DNA from: a virus
IMG/VR virus record: IMGVR_UViG_3300030328_002321
Coordinates: 21,959 to 85,958 of that record
Length of the DNA: 64,000 nucleotides
Reading direction: 5' to 3' (one strand)
The position numbers and the translations under genes were made by a program. Positions 45,634 through 55,345 of the stretch are shown here, piece by piece. Each line of letters starts with the position of its first letter. Position 1 is the first letter of the stretch. The notes beneath the pieces were generated by a model. The model searched no databases. It saw only the letters and a program-made list of their open reading frames with translations, and was not told the DNA's origin.

Positions 45634-48600
45634 TTATCTAGATACTTTTCGTGCACCTACGGATGTAGAATACAAATTTAATAAATTATTTTGTTTATTG
45701 TCACATATTAGGCGTATTCCTAACCATTTATCTGTAAATTTCCTCTGTTTATCCCAAGTTTTAGCCATATTTAAGTATAATGGATTTGGAGTTTCTACCA
45801 TACCTGCTACGTCAAACATAGTATTTGTAGAAGAAGTTGTTACAGTTCCCGTGTTAGTTCCCCCTAAAATGTTAGTGCTAGCTGACATATAATAAGAATT
45901 AGTATTAGTACTTAATGCTGCCATATCTCTAAACTTGTTAATAGTCCAGCTATTACCTACTCTCCTAGTATTTATTAAATATTCTATTTCAGTAGTTCCT
46001 GTAGCTTGTAATGTATTATATAAAAAGAAATCAGTAAATCCATGTTCTAATATATTAACATTAGCTTGATTAAATGTTTCTGATACATAACTTATATTAG
46101 AAATTAAAGTGTCTGTAGATTTATTTTCATTGTGAATAAACTCAATTTCAAAATCTACATATAAAGTACTAGCAGCACCACCTGCTCCTACAGTTCCTGT
46201 TCCTCCTTCTTGGTATAATATACCTCTATTAGCAGATGAATTATGTCTCCATATACCAGCATTACCAAACGTTGTATCAAATAATGTAGAGTTTACAGGT
46301 CTTGGATATTTATCTGTTAAAGAATAAAAATCTGTAGAAGTATTAAAATATATATAAGGTATGTAATCATGAAAGCTGGTCCAAGTACTTGCTTCTGGAG
46401 AATAAGATATAGTCCAACCTCCTTGATTAAAATATTGTTGATTTGTCCATTCTAACCTAGCCCCTGTAGAAATAATTTTAAATTTACTCATAGTAGGATC
46501 AAAAACAATGTCTGAACTATTTGAAATAAAATGTGGAGTAGGTTCATATTCTCTTTTAGTAAGAACAATTCTTCTGTTTTTAGGATCCCAAATAGAGGTA
46601 TATCCAAATCCAAATATAGGATTGTCATAAGTATTTATAAATCCATATTGTTCTAGAACAAATTTAAGATTAGTTTTAAACCAATCTTCCATACCTATTG
46701 CACTTATTTCTTGCAATTGTTCCCCCATTAAAAATACTTTTCTTGCTTTAGAGTCTACAAAAAAGTATCCGTATCTTGTTGTTAAGGCTGCCCACTGTGA
46801 GCTACTACCTGCATATCCTCCTTCTGTTTGTATCATCTCATCTGGCTCTTGTGCAAATATATCTCCACTACCTACAAAAGATTCACTACCATCTTTCATT
46901 TGTAACGATTGTTTACCTTTAGCAGCAAATAAACTTTCTTCCATATGGAAATACAATAGATTATTAAAAGTAGACAGATTCCAAAGTTCTCCTCTATTTT
47001 TAGGTAAATCTTTAAATTGATTTGCTAAGAATATTCTATAATTATCTATTAAACTAGTAGTATCTGCTTTAGCACTTCTTATTGTTCGTGTAGGAAAATC
47101 GTCTTGTAATACCTGTTTTAAAGGTAGAGGAAAAGCAGTTCTTAAATTATTAAGTTCTGAATAATTATCATTATATCTAGTATTTTCTTTATTAGTAAAA
47201 TCTTTAATTCCTATATATTCTAATACTTTTGTAGCAGGAGTTCCTGGAAAATACATACTATCAGAATCTTGTGTATGTCTAAAGTTTATATTATCTGTAC
47301 TTTCTACAATATGATAATGAATAGCTCTTTCTGGATTTGAATCTTGAGTTGGATTACTAGCTTTTAAAGCAGTACTTATCCCATATCTACAAAGATATGT
47401 ATCTCCTCCAAATATACCTTCATGTACTTCTCCATTAACTGTAGATAAATCATTTGTTTTAAAGTGTGCGTTAGTATTACTTATTTTAAAATATTCTAAA
47501 TCATCTCCTAATACTTCAAATCCTGTCCATATTAAATCTTGACTATCAATAGATTTATAAACATCTGTTTTAAAAGCTTTAAGATTTATAATAAGATCAT
47601 TACTTTTTACATTACCTCCAGTTCCTGTCCATGGTAGTGGATTTGTTAATATAGGTTCTCCTAATCCTACCTGTCCATATTCTCCTGCATTAGGAAAATT
47701 ACTTCCAACCCATCCTGCTGATTTATTATAAGGCCTACTTTGAGCGAATACAACAGGAATTTCATGATTATCTTTTAATGCAAATAGTATAGAAGTTTCT
47801 CCAAACTCATTAAATAATTTACCTCCAAATCCTAAAGCCTCTCCTTCAAAAATTGAATCTCCTGGTAAGTATGTTTTAGCTTTTTGATTTAATATTCTTG
47901 GCTGCATTGTATTAGAAATACTATCATATTGTTTTCCTATTAAAATAGCAGATTTAATATCTTGTGGATAACAATTAAATTCTGTATCCCATCCCCAATC
48001 TTCTACAAGACTGTCAGGAGTGGTAGTAGTATCAAGAAGAGTAACCATCTTTTTTTCTTGCTCAATCTTAGCTCCATTCCATGCTAAGTTTCTAACTTTA
48101 TATTGAACATCAATATGTGTAGCAGAAGATAAACTATTACGAGTTCTTAATAGATTAAAATCATGAAAACTAAATACTTTATATCCTTGAGTATCACTAT
48201 ATATAGTATTAGCATTATAATGCATTTGAGGATATGTTCCATACTCTGTAATACTTTTAGTAAAAGGTTCTATATTCCAAAAGTTTTCATCTTCATTTTT
48301 TAAAGTTTGTAATACTTCTAATGCGGTTCCTGAGTTTCCACCTGTTATAGCTTCTTTACATACTCCTATTTGAGCTATTTTAGGAGTAGAAGGAATTCCT
48401 ACAGACTGCCCTAAAATTGTTTTATCTGCATGATCTCTCTTTGCATAGTATATTCTAAATCCTTGAATTTTATCTTCAATCTCTTGTGGTATTCTTAAGT
48501 CATTTAATTCAAATCCTAATATATTAACATCATGAGAAATTTTTGCATCATTATAATCTTGTTGTGGAATACTAGCTGCAGTACTATTTACTCTAAAAGA

Positions 48601-50949
48601 TATAAAACTTTTACAAATAATTTTTTCATAAGAACCACCAAAAGTAGGGATTTGCAAGCAATCCCATTCTGGAGGAAGATATTCATTAGAACCAGCGTTA
48701 CAGTGTATAATACCACCATTTACCTCATCAGGCATATTAGATTGATAAGCTTTATCATTTCCATTACCTGAAGTTAACATATAACTTTCTAACCAAATGC
48801 TTTCTCCTGGCTCTAAAAGAACAGTCATAGTATCGTGCCTATTATAATCATCTCTAGTCCCTGCACACATATCATTTCCAAATGATTGTATTGTATCATC
48901 ACCTAATGTATGAATACCAGGACCTAAACTACTAGCATCAGTCTTACATTTTGTTTGTACGTCTTTAATAGATGCAATTGTACCAACTAAACGTTGATGA
49001 AACCAAACATTAAATATAACATCTACTGTCATTTGTTGATCAGCTGTAAATGTATCATTACTAGTAAAAAGATTATTAACTGCTTGCTCATGAACTGGCG
49101 TTATAATATTATTATTACTCCAATATCCTAAACTAAAACTAGTAGGCGGATATTTAGGTTTAATACTTCCGTTAAATCTATATCTAGTCCCTCCGCTTGT
49201 TACTTGTCTTACATCAGTAACATCTTCATCCCACTGCCAAACTAATTCTAGATTATTGTAGGTAAGTGGTAAATTAGGTGTTAGCATAGATCCAGCTGTT
49301 TCACAGTTATCTGCAGTAATACTTTTACGAGAACTGTTTTTATTAGACGGAAAATGATGATGTCTAACTCTTTTACCTTTTAATGTTCCAGATATTGTAC
49401 TACCATTGTGTATATCATAATCATCTGTATTAGGATATAATTCAGTAGCATTTTGCCAAAAATTCATTTGCCTATGGTCATTCCATGAGGCAGCTGGGTG
49501 TAAAGCTGTTCTATCTAAAAAATGAAAATTCTTTGTATATTTTCTATTTAACTTATAAAGGTCTGACCATAACCCTCCATTTAAACCTCCTCCTGCAGTT
49601 CTTAATTCTTCTGTTAATCCTTCTCTTCCTGGTATATGATAAGCATAAGACATACTACCATCTTTAAGTATAAATGCTATATAAAAAGCATATACTTCAT
49701 CTCGCATATATCCTTTGTATTTAAATATATTAGGTTGGTATCTATATGATTTTGTATTATCTACAGCTTGTTCTGAACCATCATATTCATCTACTCTAGT
49801 ATTATTAAACCCTGTATTTAAACCGTCTATTGTAGCATAATACTCATCAAAATTATCTATAACTTTAGTTACAGAGTGTAGCTTTATATCGTTTGCATAT
49901 TTTTGGTATCCTAAATCTTGATTACTAGTTACATTTCCTAAATATAAAACATTATCTAATTGTTGGATTGTTTTAGCAGTACTATAAGAAGCTGTGTCAA
50001 TAATAACATCATCTACTGAGGCAGGGCTAGAACCTTCTATACCACTAAAAGTTACATTTAAATTTGATGCAGATATTTCTACATCATTTAATCTAAACCC
50101 TTCTGTAGCATCTCCCATTTTTCTAATAACTACAGGCTTTAAATATTTATAATCTGTATTAAGATTATTAATTTTCCATTTAATAGATTTAGTTGTTTGA
50201 CTACCTTCTTTAGCTCCATCTTTTTTAGTGGTAGGTCTAGTATGATCAAACTCATCTACAATAGAAATAGGATTAGATACTGTTACAAAGTTAGTGGCTA
50301 CAAAATCATCATCTACATAAGCTAATGCTAAATAATAAACAGCTGTTAATAGTCCTCCACCTTCAATAACAGAAGATTGATGTGTAACTACAGAATCTAA
50401 TTCTACATGAGGAATATCTCCTGAATGTGGAAATAAATTTAATAGCTCTATATCATTTATTGTAGTCCCATATAATTGAGTAACTGCAGTACTTTCTCGC
50501 TGCTGTCTGTCTACATTAAAAGCTCTAGGAGGGTTTAAATCATCTGTAAAATATATAACTAAATCTCCTTTAGAATCTATTTTAAATGTACCTTCAATTG
50601 GATTACTTTCTTGAAAATTTAAATCTGTAGGTAAGTTAGGATTAAACAATATTGTATAAGTATCATTTTCCCAGATACCTATCTCGCTTCTACCAGGAGA
50701 ATTTACAACATCTTTTACAAAAAGAATTACTCTATTATTATTAACTTCTATTTTACCAAGTACTTTATCATCTTGAGCTCCTGTAGTAGGATTAGCCCCT
50801 AGGTGTCCAGCAATCTCTGTGCCTCCTTCATTAGAGATAGAGCCTTTTTTGTTGTTAGTAATAGCATTTTTAGCATACCTCCACGAGCCTTCTGGCTGAT
50901 CGATGTGTGCTGTATCTTTAAATAATCCTTTTATAAATCGTTTATCCAT
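45634..50949 (-). CDS. Tail muzzle / stabilisation protein (crAss-like)
   Basis: 1771 aa; MDKRFIKGLFKD...WRYAKN...ISNEGG start, YFTDDLNPPR, GYMRDEVYAF, GGDTYL, WTISYS...W.SFHDYIP. Confidence 0.85.
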   Translation of the reverse strand: MDKRFIKGLFKDTAHIDQPEGSWRYAKNAITNNKKGSISNEGGTEIAGHLGANPTTGAQDDKVLGKIEVNNNRVILFVKDVVNSPGRSEIGIWENDTYTILFNPNLPTDLNFQESNPIEGTFKIDSKGDLVIYFTDDLNPPRAFNVDRQQRESTAVTQLYGTTINDIELLNLFPHSGDIPHVELDSVVTHQSSVIEGGGLLTAVYYLALAYVDDDFVATNFVTVSNPISIVDEFDHTRPTTKKDGAKEGSQTTKSIKWKINNLNTDYKYLKPVVIRKMGDATEGFRLNDVEISASNLNVTFSGIEGSSPASVDDVIIDTASYSTAKTIQQLDNVLYLGNVTSNQDLGYQKYANDIKLHSVTKVIDNFDEYYATIDGLNTGFNNTRVDEYDGSEQAVDNTKSYRYQPNIFKYKGYMRDEVYAFYIAFILKDGSMSYAYHIPGREGLTEELRTAGGGLNGGLWSDLYKLNRKYTKNFHFLDRTALHPAASWNDHRQMNFWQNATELYPNTDDYDIHNGSTISGTLKGKRVRHHHFPSNKNSSRKSITADNCETAGSMLTPNLPLTYNNLELVWQWDEDVTDVRQVTSGGTRYRFNGSIKPKYPPTSFSLGYWSNNNIITPVHEQAVNNLFTSNDTFTADQQMTVDVIFNVWFHQRLVGTIASIKDVQTKCKTDASSLGPGIHTLGDDTIQSFGNDMCAGTRDDYNRHDTMTVLLEPGESIWLESYMLTSGNGNDKAYQSNMPDEVNGGIIHCNAGSNEYLPPEWDCLQIPTFGGSYEKIICKSFISFRVNSTAASIPQQDYNDAKISHDVNILGFELNDLRIPQEIEDKIQGFRIYYAKRDHADKTILGQSVGIPSTPKIAQIGVCKEAITGGNSGTALEVLQTLKNEDENFWNIEPFTKSITEYGTYPQMHYNANTIYSDTQGYKVFSFHDFNLLRTRNSLSSATHIDVQYKVRNLAWNGAKIEQEKKMVTLLDTTTTPDSLVEDWGWDTEFNCYPQDIKSAILIGKQYDSISNTMQPRILNQKAKTYLPGDSIFEGEALGFGGKLFNEFGETSILFALKDNHEIPVVFAQSRPYNKSAGWVGSNFPNAGEYGQVGLGEPILTNPLPWTGTGGNVKSNDLIINLKAFKTDVYKSIDSQDLIWTGFEVLGDDLEYFKISNTNAHFKTNDLSTVNGEVHEGIFGGDTYLCRYGISTALKASNPTQDSNPERAIHYHIVESTDNINFRHTQDSDSMYFPGTPATKVLEYIGIKDFTNKENTRYNDNYSELNNLRTAFPLPLKQVLQDDFPTRTIRSAKADTTSLIDNYRIFLANQFKDLPKNRGELWNLSTFNNLLYFHMEESLFAAKGKQSLQMKDGSESFVGSGDIFAQEPDEMIQTEGGYAGSSSQWAALTTRYGYFFVDSKARKVFLMGEQLQEISAIGMEDWFKTNLKFVLEQYGFINTYDNPIFGFGYTSIWDPKNRRIVLTKREYEPTPHFISNSSDIVFDPTMSKFKIISTGARLEWTNQQYFNQGGWTISYSPEASTWTSFHDYIPYIYFNTSTDFYSLTDKYPRPVNSTLFDTTFGNAGIWRHNSSANRGILYQEGGTGTVGAGGAASTLYVDFEIEFIHNENKSTDTLISNISYVSETFNQANVNILEHGFTDFFLYNTLQATGTTEIEYLINTRRVGNSWTINKFRDMAALSTNTNSYYMSASTNILGGTNTGTVTTSSTNTMFDVAGMVETPNPLYLNMAKTWDKQRKFTDKWLGIRLICDNKQNNLLNLYSTSVGARKVSR

Positions 50950-51833
50950 TAGCTTCTATATAAATCCTCTCTAGTATTTAATTGTTCAAATCCTACATCG
51001 TGTCTATTTATGTTAGGAATAAGTCTTACCCACTGATTCATGAAAGATTCATATCTATCTATGTCTGGATAGTTTGCAGCATTTCTAGCTTGTGTACAAT
51101 AGTACTTCCACTGCTGTTCTGCAAAAGTATAGTTAATACCATTCTTTTTAAAATCAGGTCTAGATAATAAAATCTTTTTATACACATACCAAAAAAGTGC
51201 TTCAGAAAAGCTTATATCGTCCGGTACTAGTGGGTAACAATCTTCATCAGTAGGAAATGCCATATAACTTAAACATATTTTTCCACTTTCAAAAGATGTT
51301 TTTATGTAATCATTATCTATAATATATGTATCTTCATAATTTATATTTTCATTTATACAATCATCACAATGCATACTTCTATGAAAAGTACTTGCCCCAT
51401 ATTGTAAAGGTTGCATATGATCACTACTTTTAAAATATATATTTTCTAATACAACAATTCTACTATTAATATCGTTTAATACAGATGTTGTACTTGAGTA
51501 TTCTAAACCGTCTGCTTGTGCATCAGCTATTTCGTCTTTTAATTCTTTTACTTTATCTATTAATGTATCTAGTTCTTTAGAAGAAACTGGAGATACTGAG
51601 TTATTTATAGCTACTTGATTAATGTAATATAAATCTGTAGGCAGTAGTACTTTATGATTTGCTACAGTTAATACACATTGTTTTTGTAGTAATTGTGTAG
51701 CAGAGCCTATATGTTCTAAAGCTTCTCCTACCCATTCAATAGCATCATCAATCCAATTATCATCTTGAGGTTTTAAATCTCTAAAGATCTTTCTTATTAT
51801 AGTCTTACTAGATTTTGTTTTATATACTGCCAT
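50949..51833 (-). CDS. Tail ring (tubular) protein
   Basis: IEWVGEALEHIG, YIKTSFESGKICLSY.AFPTDEDCYPLVPD, QQWKYYCTQAR; directly upstream of the muzzle gene. Confidence 0.8.
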   Translation of the reverse strand: MAVYKTKSSKTIIRKIFRDLKPQDDNWIDDAIEWVGEALEHIGSATQLLQKQCVLTVANHKVLLPTDLYYINQVAINNSVSPVSSKELDTLIDKVKELKDEIADAQADGLEYSSTTSVLNDINSRIVVLENIYFKSSDHMQPLQYGASTFHRSMHCDDCINENINYEDTYIIDNDYIKTSFESGKICLSYMAFPTDEDCYPLVPDDISFSEALFWYVYKKILLSRPDFKKNGINYTFAEQQWKYYCTQARNAANYPDIDRYESFMNQWVRLIPNINRHDVGFEQLNTREDLYRS

Positions 51834-51834
51834 G

Positions 51835-52311
51835 TTAGTGCTTTTTAAATTTTAAATAAGCTAAATCATCTTGTTTTAAAAGAGTAATTAACTTTTCTTT
51901 ATTTCCTTTTACGCCACGAGTAGTGTCAAATCTATACACTGATTTATTTGGTATTTTGCATTTACCTTTCCTCCAATAGTATTTGCAATAAAATTCATCA
52001 GTGTGATAGATATGCCACTTAACTCCTTTACCCGTTTCCGAGTTATATAACAATTGACCCTCTTCTAGGAGTTCTTTCTTATATTTATTACTCTCTCCCC
52101 AATCTAATCTTGGTGATCTAGGATCTCTATCCCTTCTAATGATAGATAACGTAGAAAGATTATTTCCCATATTAAATTCTTTCCCGTCTAAAATATACTC
52201 CATGATCATAATATTAAACTCTTGTATTATATCTGTATACAGAGCTTTATTTATATCTTCATCGTACTCTTTTTTATAATCTATGTATATGTCTTTAAGA
52301 GTATAATGCAT
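51835..52311 (-). CDS. Conserved crAss-like IHF-related protein
   Basis: FNIMIMEYILDG.EFNMGNNLSTLSI...LDWGES...YCKYYWRK; typical position beside the tail ring gene. Confidence 0.65.
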   Translation of the reverse strand: MHYTLKDIYIDYKKEYDEDINKALYTDIIQEFNIMIMEYILDGKEFNMGNNLSTLSIIRRDRDPRSPRLDWGESNKYKKELLEEGQLLYNSETGKGVKWHIYHTDEFYCKYYWRKGKCKIPNKSVYRFDTTRGVKGNKEKLITLLKQDDLAYLKFKKH

Positions 52312-52312
52312 T

Positions 52313-52465
52313 CTATAAATCGTCTAAATTTGGTGTTTTAGGCTCTATAGCAAATCCTCCTGTTTTATACATCATCATTTTTTTACCTCCACCTTTCATT
52401 TTTTTCTTACCTCCTTTCTTATAGGTTACTTTTTCTTCTTTTTTATTTTTCTTTTTTAAGTTCAT
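52313..52465 (-). CDS. Small Lys-rich protein with three xKxGG motifs (50 aa)
   Basis: Hand-translated MNLKKKNKKEEKVTYKKGGKKKMKGGGKKMMMYKTGGFAIEPKTPNLDDL; exactly fills the intergenic gap. Confidence 0.7.
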   Translation of the reverse strand: MNLKKKNKKEEKVTYKKGGKKKMKGGGKKMMMYKTGGFAIEPKTPNLDDL

Positions 52466-52481
52466 AGTATTATTTTATTAT

Positions 52482-53171
52482 TTATTTTTTAGGTCGTGCT
52501 TGTGTAACATCCTGCATACGATCATTAGTTGTATCACTCTTTGTACTAGACAAGAGTGCTAACTCTCCACTCAAAATACCTTGATTAATTTGACTTAACA
52601 TATCCATAGGAATTGGATAATCTGTAGCGCTGTCATCATAACATTGTTGACCATCACAGTCTCCAAATTTTGACACTACTTCCGGATCTTCAAATACTCC
52701 TCTAACGTTAATATATTCTAATCCTTCTGCGTTGTAAATATACAAATAATTTTCAATCATATAAGCTTTCATTTTTTTATTTGTATACTTATCATAAGGT
52801 AAAAATTGTATAGTATTAGATCCTACCATAGGTATTGTTCCAGTACCTGTTACATCTCCTACATATGTAATAGCCTCTTCAAAATTATATCTTATTGTTT
52901 TAGGTATAGCATCTACTCCTTGAGACACAATACATTCAGAAGGTAAGCTACAACATTTAGTAGCATCTACTCTTTGTAATTTAATACATCCTAAATCTTG
53001 TTCTACATGTCTACTAACAAAACCGTTTTTAGTATAGTCTCTTCTTATAAACATTGCTCTATAATGTTTAATGTTAAATTTAATTTGATCTAAAGATATA
53101 TTTTCATCATTATGTGATCTACCTCCTCTAACAAGATTAAGTAAATTGTAAGCTATTTCATTTAAAGTCAT
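52482..53171 (-). CDS. Tail/neck ring structural protein
   Basis: MTLNEIAYNL...QIKFNIKHYRAMFIRR...NVRGVFEDP...DYPIP, a crAss-like ring protein pattern. Confidence 0.75.
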   Translation of the reverse strand: MTLNEIAYNLLNLVRGGRSHNDENISLDQIKFNIKHYRAMFIRRDYTKNGFVSRHVEQDLGCIKLQRVDATKCCSLPSECIVSQGVDAIPKTIRYNFEEAITYVGDVTGTGTIPMVGSNTIQFLPYDKYTNKKMKAYMIENYLYIYNAEGLEYINVRGVFEDPEVVSKFGDCDGQQCYDDSATDYPIPMDMLSQINQGILSGELALLSSTKSDTTNDRMQDVTQARPKK

Positions 53172-53563
53172 TATTTTTTTCTTTTTTCAAATGACCTTCC
53201 CCCAAAATAGGCTCCAATCACTGTTATTAGTACTAACTGTAAAAGATCTACATATGAGTCTTTTACATTAAAGCGTAAATGTCCTGAATCTATAAATATT
53301 ATTAATACAGTACATATAACTAAAAATATTAAAACCATTGGTCTAACATTTTTACTTAACCATGAATCAGAATTCATATCTGCTTCCCATCGAGATGTTA
53401 CATTTTTTTCCATCTCTGTTTCATAGTTAGCTATTATTTCTTTTATTTTTCTTTGGGCCTCTAACTTCTCTTCTTTTGATGTAGTTAAATTATCTAAAAC
53501 CCCTCCAACATTCTTAACAAGCTCTCCAGCCCCTGAACTAAATATTTTACTTAAAACTCCCAT
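53171..53563 (-). CDS. Holin (3TM / GTA-type)
   Basis: RWEADMNSDSWLSKNVRP, transmembrane helices, GAYFGGRSFEK. Confidence 0.85.
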   Translation of the reverse strand: MGVLSKIFSSGAGELVKNVGGVLDNLTTSKEEKLEAQRKIKEIIANYETEMEKNVTSRWEADMNSDSWLSKNVRPMVLIFLVICTVLIIFIDSGHLRFNVKDSYVDLLQLVLITVIGAYFGGRSFEKRKK

Positions 53564-53775
53564 TATTTCTTAGCAAATTTTTCTAAACCACTTATACCAA
53601 AACATCCAAGAACTACAAATACAAATGAATCATATACAAATTCATTAATTGCTAAATCTCTTCCTAACCATCCTGTTATAAGGTCTACTATCATTATTAA
53701 ACACATTATTGCAAAAGCTATAAAACCTATTATAGACTTTTCATTCCACTCATTATTATCTTTAAATATTTCCAT
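53563..53775 (-). CDS. Small 2-TM membrane protein (possible holin/antiholin)
   Basis: Two hydrophobic helices; ends GCFGISGLEKF; adjacent to the holin. Confidence 0.7.
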   Translation of the reverse strand: MEIFKDNNEWNEKSIIGFIAFAIMCLIMIVDLITGWLGRDLAINEFVYDSFVFVVLGCFGISGLEKFAKK

Positions 53776-53787
53776 TATCTTTCTTGT

Positions 53788-54165
53788 TTAAAATTCTTGT
53801 TCAAAATTTATTATTACGTCAACTGTACTGTCTGCATCATTTAATTGCAACATTAAACTAAATTCTTTTGCATTATAATCAACTTCTCTAGGTTCTAAAA
53901 TTAATGTATTATTAGGAGTAATTTCTAAATCTCTCATTATATATAGAGTAGTAATATCAGCTGCTACTGCGTCCCAATTTCCATCTTTTCCAGGAGTATG
54001 AAAAGATTCATTTATTCTTTTTAAATATAAATCTACATATGTAGAATCTGTTGCATGATTATTACATATTGTTAATCCTCTAATATCAATATCTTTTTTT
54101 ATATTTCTTTCTACTAATGTTTGCTCAGTAGTTCCTGTTATATTTTTATGTATATACTCTTTCAT
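53788..54165 (-). CDS. Putative structural (fibre-associated) protein
   Basis: 125-aa beta-rich ORF (LTICNNHAT...VDLY). Confidence 0.6.
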   Translation of the reverse strand: MKEYIHKNITGTTEQTLVERNIKKDIDIRGLTICNNHATDSTYVDLYLKRINESFHTPGKDGNWDAVAADITTLYIMRDLEITPNNTLILEPREVDYNAKEFSLMLQLNDADSTVDVIINFEQEF

Positions 54166-54177
54166 TATTATTATATA

Positions 54178-54420
54178 TTAATCACTTGTTGTATCTTCTA
54201 TATACCATTCACCGTTTACATTATTTAATATTTCTAATATTTCTTCGTAAGTATATTGTGTTTTACCATCTAAAAAGCTAGGCGTATCTCCCGTAAACTT
54301 TACAAAAGTTTTTGTATTGTCTTTGTTCCATCTTAATGTATCTGCAGATGTTTCTTCTACTTTAGAAAAATCTACAGAACTTACATCGCTACTTGTTATT
54401 ATTACGTATTTTCTTGCCAT
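54178..54420 (-). CDS. Hypothetical protein associated with fibre genes
   Basis: 80 aa; VDFSKVEETSADTLRW...FVKF.GDTPSFL. Confidence 0.65.
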   Translation of the reverse strand: MARKYVIITSSDVSSVDFSKVEETSADTLRWNKDNTKTFVKFTGDTPSFLDGKTQYTYEEILEILNNVNGEWYIEDTTSD

Positions 54421-54421
54421 A

Positions 54422-55345
54422 TTACGGTGTATCTGAACTATCTATATCTTCAGTGTTATTTATTCTTAATGTTTTGCTATTACCTGAATCATCTGTTAGT
54501 GTAGAATCTTCGTCACTATAAGCTTCCATAGTATAATAAGCTATTAAACCAGAATGTGATTCTTCATCTGCTGGTGATCCTGAATTATATATTGCTGTAA
54601 CTTCAGAAGAAGTTAGTACATCACTAAAGAAAGCTATATCACTCATATGACCATTAAAATAAGCATTACTTTGTATATCGTTTCTACCAATAATAAAACC
54701 AGCATGACCACTTGCATCTGACCAAGTATTACCTATGGCATCTGAATCTGTTTGTGATCCGTCTATATATAATCTAACTATATTATTAGCAGATGTTTTA
54801 GAACCAGATTCCCACGTCATTACAACATGATGCCAAGTATCATCGTTTTCTAAACCGCCTCCAGAGTCAACAACATTTGCAGTACCACCAAACTTAACAT
54901 TACCTCTTATTCTTGCGGCTGCATTATTCCAAAGTAATATAATTTGATTATCAGTACCTTCTTCTGCTTTTATTTGCCATATAAATCCGTTGGCAGACAT
55001 TGAGTCTAATTTAACCCATAAACTAATAGATCCTATAGCCTCTAAATCAGTACCTATATTTCCTGATTGGAAATCTAAATAATCATTAGTACCATCAAAG
55101 TCAAAACTTTTACTGTCAGTGAAAGAAGTAAGATCATGATCATAAGCATAAAACTCAGACATTGCGTGCGGTGTACTACCATCAGGTCTATCACTAGAAG
55201 CGTTAGCTGTGTTAATAGTTGCTACACTGCCATCAGAGCAGTCTCCTAAACTGGCAGTTGTTGTTGCACTAGCATTATATGTATTAGTAGCTAACTCTGC
55301 TCTAATACCAGCTAAACTTAATGTACCACTACTTGGAACAGCCAT
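54422..55345 (-). CDS. LamG/ConA-like domain receptor-binding protein
   Basis: N-terminal MAVPSSGTLSL...MSEFYAY fibre-tip attachment-like segment; FDGTNDY, SISLWVK, WHHVVMTW, LYIDG, LTSSEVTAIYN LamG motifs. Confidence 0.85.
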   Translation of the reverse strand: MAVPSSGTLSLAGIRAELATNTYNASATTTASLGDCSDGSVATINTANASSDRPDGSTPHAMSEFYAYDHDLTSFTDSKSFDFDGTNDYLDFQSGNIGTDLEAIGSISLWVKLDSMSANGFIWQIKAEEGTDNQIILLWNNAAARIRGNVKFGGTANVVDSGGGLENDDTWHHVVMTWESGSKTSANNIVRLYIDGSQTDSDAIGNTWSDASGHAGFIIGRNDIQSNAYFNGHMSDIAFFSDVLTSSEVTAIYNSGSPADEESHSGLIAYYTMEAYSDEDSTLTDDSGNSKTLRINNTEDIDSSDTP

